Origin: Vitrella brassicaformis CCMP3155
Taxonomy: Eukaryota; Protista; Chromerida
Assembly (NCBI GenBank): GCA_001179505.1
Contig: CDMY01000852.1
Span: 1-15,396 of the forward strand
Length of the DNA stretch: 15,396 nt
Reading direction: 5' to 3'
The notes under the pieces were generated by a model, which saw nothing but the letters and a program-made list of their open reading frames with translations, ran no database searches and had not been told where the DNA came from. Shown here piece after piece: positions 9,671 to 15,396 of this stretch. Position 1 is the first letter of the stretch. Every line of letters begins with the position of its first letter. Position numbers and translations under genes: made by a program.

Positions 9671-12600
9671 ATGGCAGCAGCAATGGCAGCAGCAAAAGGC
9701 CTATATGAGCTTGGGCTCTGGCACATGCCACTCAACCCCGACTCCGCCAAGATAGATGAGATCGAGGGAGGTACGCAGGAAAGGCCGTCTCACGATGGCT
9801 GGGAGCGAGGAGGGCCATAGGGAGGCAGGACAGGACAGGAGGGACAGAGGAGCGGACACGCGTGTGCATGCGTCGACGGAGAGCACAGTCGCCTTCATTT
9901 CCTTCTTCTCTGTGTGTGCTGTGCGTCGCTCACAATGCTGCACTACAGTTATAGCGGCCTTCCCCACGCTCGATGAAGCGCTCAACGAGGAGCTAATGTC
10001 CTTCATCGAGGACCGCGACCAGGCCAAGGGTGACAAAACTCCCGTCAATGTATGTGGACACGCACATGCTCTCTCTGTCTATGCAGAGTACATTCTGAAG
10101 CTCGAGGAGCGCACCGAGGAGCTGGACGACCTCTGGCGCAAAGTCCGTGGTGAGTGTCAGTTGCACAATGGGGTCAGAGCAGCCACACGCGAGGAGAGAC
10201 AGACAATCTCTTTATCGATTCTTTGCGGCATGTCTGTGCGTATCCGCCATCCATGCCGGCAGACGAGAAGAGGGAGCTTGAGCAGCAGCTGAGGGAAGAG
10301 CTGCAGAAGTACCGTGACGACATCGCTGCCAGGGAGGAGGCCCTGCAGACCATGGCTGCCCAGCGAGACAGCTTAGCCAAGTCGGTGTCGACTCTCAGCG
10401 AGGACCTCCGCAAGCAGGCCGACGAGGTGCTGGCGGCCAAGAGGGCAATGCAAGAGGCCAATGAAGCCAAGCTGGACGCGGAGAGGGACAAGGAGCGAGC
10501 AGTGGCGTCCCTCACCCACACCACGCGCGACAAGATCAGGCGCTTGGAGTCCGCCAACCATAGCCTCGAGGCACAGAGCGCCGAGATTCCTCGTCTGAAG
10601 CAGCAATTCAGCGAGCAGCTGGGCAGCGAACGAAAAGCCGCAGAAGCCGCAAGAAAGGAGAAGGACGACCTACAGCGCGATCGCAACCAGCTGGCCGAGA
10701 GGCTGGATCACGAGACAAGTGCACTGGAGTCGGCTCGGGCCAAGCTCGATCAAACGAGGCGAGAGAAGGCTGAAGTGGAGGCCAAGGACATCGAGACATC
10801 ATCCAAGATGGCCAGCCTCAAGGCACAGCTGGAGGGAGAGACGGCCGCACTGGAGGAAGCAAGAGAGGAGGCGCGGGCGGCCAAGGAAAGACAAGAAGAG
10901 CTTCTCAGTCAGGACGCACAAAATGCCGTCACCCTTGCGGAGATGACAGAGAAGCTCCACAAGCAGGCTGAGGGCGTCGCTGCGGCAGAGAGGGCTCTTC
11001 ATCAGGCCGAAGAGGAGAGGGACCGCTTGGCCGAGCAGCACAAGGATGCCGCTGACACGATTGAGGAGCTCACCAAGGAGGTCAAGAGCGCCACTGAGGC
11101 TCTGCGCAAGGCCGAGGAGGGCATGGAGGCGATTGCTCATGAGAGGGATGTCCTGGCCGACAGGCTGGCGAGCTACCAGGGGATGCCGCCCCTGCAGCCC
11201 ACCCACACACCCCACTGCCCCATGGCCCCCCAGCACCCCCCCATGCAGCAGCACCCCGCCCCTTTTCCGCCGCATCCCAACGTTCTCCCCACACCAGCCT
11301 TCGGCAATCCCAACGCTCCCTCCATCCAGCAGCAGCCCAAGGGTGGCATGGTCCAGGCCGCCAACGGGTATGGGGGCGGTCATGGCTCGCCGCAGTTGCA
11401 GCCCCAGCAGCCAGGGGGTGGAGGTGGGGGATATGGCTGTGTGAGCGGCTACTGGTCGCCCCCGCTAAATCTACTAGTCGCCCCTGCAATTCACGGATAT
11501 GGTGAGCGGAAGGAACAAGGAGACAGCGGCACACGCCCAAGAAGGCAGACACGCGAGGCCTTTCTCCTGTCTGTTCTGCAGGTGGGTCGCCCTTTCAAGG
11601 CCACCCTGCGCCGAGCCCGCCTCTGCAGAATCTGGTGAGACATCCCTCTGACATGCATTGAACATGTTAGTTACAGCAATGAGTATCTACCGTCTGTCAG
11701 GGGTTCGTCGATGCGCTGGCTGCACATGGAGGGGCCATGGCGGCGGATCCGTCATCTGCAGTGTGACCCATGGGCCAGGGAGTGTTGGTCGGGGGCAGCA
11801 GCACGCAACACCACTACCAGAGTAAGCAAGCCAACACAACACAAATGTGACGAAACGATTGCGATGAACACATGCTTTCGATCCGTCTTTGCGACGTGTG
11901 TGCAGATCAGCCACTCGCAGCGTCATCGCATCGTGGTGGCGGTCACGATGGCCACCCGTCCTACGGCGCCGGGAGCCCCTTCCAGCAGCCGGCCAATCCG
12001 TGGCCCCACATGACCCCCGCCATTGCACAGCGCGGCCACGAGATAGACATTGACCCTCTGGCGGGGCTAGACAGCGTCTCGTCGCGACCGCCTTTTGACC
12101 ATAACGCCCACAGAATGCCGCCACAGAGGTGAGCTACTGATTGACACTCACGACAGACACCACAAGCTGAGCTGTCCTTCATGCCCTCTCTCTCCCTTTG
12201 TGTGTCTCTGTACCAGTCATGTCGATCAGCTGCCGCGTCAGCAGCGGCCCCAGAACGGCTCGCAGGGAATCGGCATGGGTCTGTGGCTGGGCAGCCCCCC
12301 ACAACAGCAGCAGCAGACGGGCGTGAGGGCATCTTCGCCCGACGACTGGCTCAGCCCGCCCCCAGGCAGTGCAGTGCCGCCCTTCTCCCCTTACGGACAG
12401 CCTGCTGGTGGTGGTGCGATGGGCGACGGTTTGTTCGATGCTCCGCGCGGTGCCGTGGACATGAGTCTGTATGGTGTTGGGCCGCCGGTGGCGTATGTGG
12501 AGACGGGAGTGCGGTCGGGCGGCAGTGGGGGCGGTATGAGGACGGGCAGCGGCGGGAGCGGCCACGGCTCACAGGCGTCCGGTGGCATGGCTGCTACGAA

Positions 12601-13207
12601 CGATCCTGACGCCATCTCTGCTGGTACGTCGGGCGGAGAGAGGGAGGGAGAAGACCATCAGTGAGATGGGGCGGATACACTATGCTTATTCCTCTTGTGT
12701 GTGTGTGTGTGTGCAGACAGGAGTGGGTACGAGCTGTTCCCTCGCTCAGAGGCCCCCGGCGGTCTATTCGGTCGTCTCGGTCCCGCCGCCAGCCGCCCCC
12801 AGCCGTCTCATCCGCCATTCCCTCCACGAGCGTCTCCCTTCCCGCCCCTCATGCCCTCACATGACGCCGCCCAAGCGCCGCATCTCCACCCACACCCAGC
12901 TCCTGCCATCGGCGCCGCATCGTCTGCTGCCGACCCAAATCTGTTGTTTGGGAACTGGACCAATCGGCTCGGTGGGTATGGCGGTCAGCCTGAGGACCAC
13001 CGTGCGGCGGCAGCGGCGACGGCATCGGAGAGCCATCGCCACGTGCAGGGAAGGAGGGGGCTCGGTTCGGCGAGGAGAGAGGGCAGAGGAGCTGGTGGCC
13101 TCTTTGGCGGCGGGCAGACGTCAGCAGCACGAGAGCCGCACCAGATGCGGGACAGGTCGCAGAGCCCCCCTCAGAAGAAGGGGTGCCTCTGCGGCCTGTG
13201 GTGCTGA
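9671..13207 (+). CDS. Hypothetical protein (~900 aa; copy C): short N-terminal module, ~300-aa coiled coil, Pro/Gln/Gly-rich tail, C-terminal KKGCLCGLWC
   Basis: Exons 9671-9770, 9949-10029, 10087-10149, 10263-11501, 11582-11634, 11701-11760, 11911-12128, 12217-12623, 12717-13207 (2712 nt, in frame). An E/K/A/L heptad-like tract spans ~10263-11170. Junctions at 11441-11911 are least certain. Confidence 0.75.
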
Positions 13208-13253
13208 GGGCTTCGGCCCTCAGCACCCCACGAAGCCCCCACAGATGGGGGCT
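13200..13253 (+). other. Two tandem RNA hairpins at the stop codon of the 9671 gene
   Basis: ggtgctgagggc-TTCG-gccctcagcacc (13200-13227, perfect 12 bp, containing TGA 13205-13207), then agccccca-caga-tgggggct (13234-13253, perfect 8 bp). Confidence 0.75.
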
Positions 13254-13436
13254 GGGGGGGGGGAGGGGTGCGTAGCCGTGGTGGAGCGATCAGGTGCGTC
13301 ATGCACCGCACCCTTTAGTCTCGGCGATCGACGGGCGAGGCCATCCGGCGGACCCGTTGGTCGCAGCAACCCACACAAGAAGGCCAGCTCCACTACGAGC
13401 GAGATACTCTGCAGCCGCCCTACCTCCCCTCCCCAG

Positions 13437-14214
13437 GCGCACCATTCGGCCTCCGACCGGCGGCATCACGAGTAGCGTGCATGGGGACTACTGCTTTGCC
13501 ATCACGCCTGTCAAAACCATCAAGGAGGGAGAGCAGCTCAGGTGGGCAGCAGAGACACTCCTGATGGGATATGCACTGCACAGCCGACACACACATGAGT
13601 GAATGCTGGCTCTCGTCTCGTGGTGTGTGTTATGTGGGTGCTGCAGGTGGTCGACCGTGAGAAGGCCGACCACTGGTTCTTCTCAAAGGACGACGACAGC
13701 AGCTGGCCCATCATCCAATCCCCCCATGGAGCCCCGACTTCGATGCCGACGACCCATCGCAGCGCTTCATCCCCGAGGGCAAGAAATAGAAGGGCGGCAA
13801 GAAGAATGACCCTCACTCACAGTCGCGCCCACCGCACCCCCCAGACCCAGGCTGAGGGCGGCGAGCCCAGTGGGGAGGGCGGGGTCCCGTCGTGCAGCGG
13901 TTCGGACGGCCGTGCGTCCAAGAAGGCTAGGAGTGCTGGCAGCGCCAAGGAACGGGGAGGGGACAATCCGCGCAAGGAGGACGAAGACGCTCCTGCTGCT
14001 GCTGCTGCTGCTGCCGGTGAGAGAGGCGACGAGGAGACACACATGATAAGTGAATGTATTCGCATCCCGATTTGTGTCATTTCCTTCCTCAGGCTCATGT
14101 GAGCAGTCAGCTGCCGCAGCGGCGGCGTCATCGTCTTGGTTCGAGGCCGCCAAGCCCTTATCCACCGCTCTGCCGGCCGAGTACTGTACCATCCCTCTGA
14201 GCCTCTGGCGTTAA
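13437..14214 (+). pseudogene. Hypothetical gene or relic with a possible SET-domain C-terminal-like fragment; frames do not splice cleanly
   Basis: Exon-like blocks 13437-13541 (..GDYCFAITPVKTIKEGEQL), 13647-14016 (VVDREKADHWFF..EDEDAPAAAAAAA) and 14093-14214 (..PLSLWR*). Blocks 2 and 3 join in phase, but the block 1 donor is phase 2 and block 2 needs phase 0. Confidence 0.35.
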
Positions 14215-14463
14215 GGGCGTGCCGGAGCGATGCGTGGAGGTGCAGGGGGGACATGCGCATCAACTGAGATCAGGGATAGCGATGACGAGAATTCAACCAG
14301 ACGGACACGTAAGGCACACGAGGGAGGGGGGGCGAGACGGGACAATGGCGATCTGATCTGATGGGTGCCGGTCTGTGTCTGTGTCTGTGTCTGCAGAGTT
14401 TGTGTGGGGCAGGGTAGCAAGAAGGACGCCGCCAACGAGGCGACGAAAGCGCCGACGACAGCC

Positions 14464-15396
14464 ATGACGGTACGCACACCACACAGCGATGGGGAAACGA
14501 ACACAGCACACAAACAAGCTTCTCCCTCCCGTGTCTTTCGTGTCGATCAGAGGAGGTGCGGTGCGCATGTTGGACCACCCGCCATTGCTGGCAAGCGCGC
14601 CCGTGTCATCCTACTCGGGGCAAAGCGGCGTGTGGCACTCCGCGAGGAGGACGACGATGGGTCCCTCCGGCGTCGGTTCGACGTCACCGTCACCTCCTCC
14701 CCCCATCCCTCTCGCGAGAACCAGCTGGGTGTGGTGTGGCACGAGGACCAGCTGCAGTACGTGTTGGTGCGGGGCCACCGCAGCCCCAAGATCCTGCACA
14801 AGACACGGCCCCGCTCCGACACCATCGCCTCCCTCAAAATCGCCCTCTACTCCCTCCTCAAGCACCCCGACAAGTACCGCGCTGTGCAGGCCGCAGACCA
14901 GACGTTCCTCCGCACACTCGCACACAAGCAACAGAAGAAGGCGGCGCAGCAGCAGGAGCAAATCATCATCCAGGAGGGCAAGGAGGTGGCTGAGGGAGCT
15001 GCCGCGCCGGCCCCGCCATCCTACGGCATTGACGAGCAGCCCCTATCGGCTCAGGTGCAGGTGGATCAGCCCCGAGAGGAGCTCCCCAAACAACTACCCA
15101 TCCCACACTGGACCCACAGCAAGAAATCGAAGACTTTGAGTAAGTCAGACACAGACGCGCACACTCATCCAGACCGCCATCCCATGAACTGTCTCTCTGC
15201 CGCTTGTTTCTCTCTCGTGTGTGTCAGGCCGGTCGAGGTGTCGCCGCGTGAGGTGCCCAGGAAGGCCAGCGTCACCCAACTTCCACCCGCACCACAGGAA
15301 CAGTTGCGGCAGCAGGAGGTTGCCGTACCCACTCCATCCCTCGTCCCAGCAGCTGCTGCTGCAGGCCAGGCACAGCCACCAGCCCCGACCACCGGC
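14464..15396 (+). CDS. Hypothetical protein, 3' partial; start may lie upstream (ATG 14230)
   Basis: Exons ..14469, 14551-15060 (AIAGKRARVILLGAKRR..ENQLGVVWHEDQLQYVLVRGHRSPKILH..ASLKIALYSLLKHPDKY), 20-nt micro-exon 15120-15139 (QEIEDFE), and 15228-end (PVEVSPREVPRK, Pro/Gln/Ala-rich). This frame is absent from the ORF track. Confidence 0.6.
   Translation, partial: MTVRTPHSDGETNTAHKQASPSRVFRVDQRRCGAHVGPPAIAGKRARVILLGAKRRVALREEDDDGSLRRRFDVTVTSSPHPSRENQLGVVWHEDQLQYVLVRGHRSPKILHKTRPRSDTIASLKIALYSLLKHPDKYRAVQAADQTFLRTLAHKQQKKAAQQQEQIIIQEGKEVAEGAAAPAPPSYGIDEQPLSAQVQVDQPREELPKQLPIPHWTHSKKSKTLSKSDTDAHTHPDRHPMNCLSAACFSLVCVRPVEVSPREVPRKASVTQLPPAPQEQLRQQEVAVPTPSLVPAAAAAGQAQPPAPTTG

Noticed and set aside
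93-10290. Shared segments as CRISPR repeats or a transposon/MITE
   Set aside because: No regular repeat-spacer array, terminal inverted repeats or target-site duplications; the copies keep collinear exon-intron order, which indicates gene duplication.
10174-11552. Long minus-strand ORFs (10174-10686, 10799-11383, 11082-11552)
   Set aside because: Antisense shadows of the GC-rich coiled-coil exon; no motifs or independent splice support.
13767-14263. Minus-strand ORFs that could be a separate gene
   Set aside because: No recognisable motif, and plus-strand donor and acceptor sites (14017, 14092) give a cleaner in-phase model.
1-15396. Prokaryotic operon or defence-system reading prompted by bacterial-type tadA and mnmM
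   Set aside because: Both genes are split by phase-consistent GT-AG introns in the same style as their neighbours, so this is eukaryotic nuclear DNA, not bacterial contamination.
1-15396. tRNA or rRNA genes near the tRNA-modification pair
   Set aside because: No cloverleaf or A/B-box pattern or rRNA-like sequence seen by eye; a tRNAscan-SE or Infernal run would be decisive.

Overview
Intron-rich, GC-rich eukaryotic nuclear DNA. It has short GT-AG introns full of (GT)n/(CA)n and (GTCT)n microsatellites, a style resembling a chromerid alveolate such as Vitrella brassicaformis (inferred, not provable here). The ORF track is largely misleading, so I built spliced models by hand from splice sites and phase continuity. 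In order: (1) two fused or truncated copies (A, B) of the N-terminal module of the gene at 9671; (2) a 62-bp inverted copy of a tadA exon next to a 300-N gap; (3) a head-to-head pair, 145 bp between ATGs, of bacterial-type tRNA wobble (position 34) modification enzymes, TadA and MnmM/YtqB, both with probable plastid-targeting leaders; (4) a second head-to-head pair, a multi-exon hypothetical gene and a Ser/Thr kinase with a DFD motif and acidic insert; (5) a ~900-aa coiled-coil and Pro/Gly-rich gene whose UGA stop lies in a perfect 12-bp cUUCGg hairpin; (6) two poorly resolved hypothetical genes. Highlights are the tadA-mnmM pair and a paralog family whose introns (93% in the one fully counted) are far more conserved than its exons (56%).
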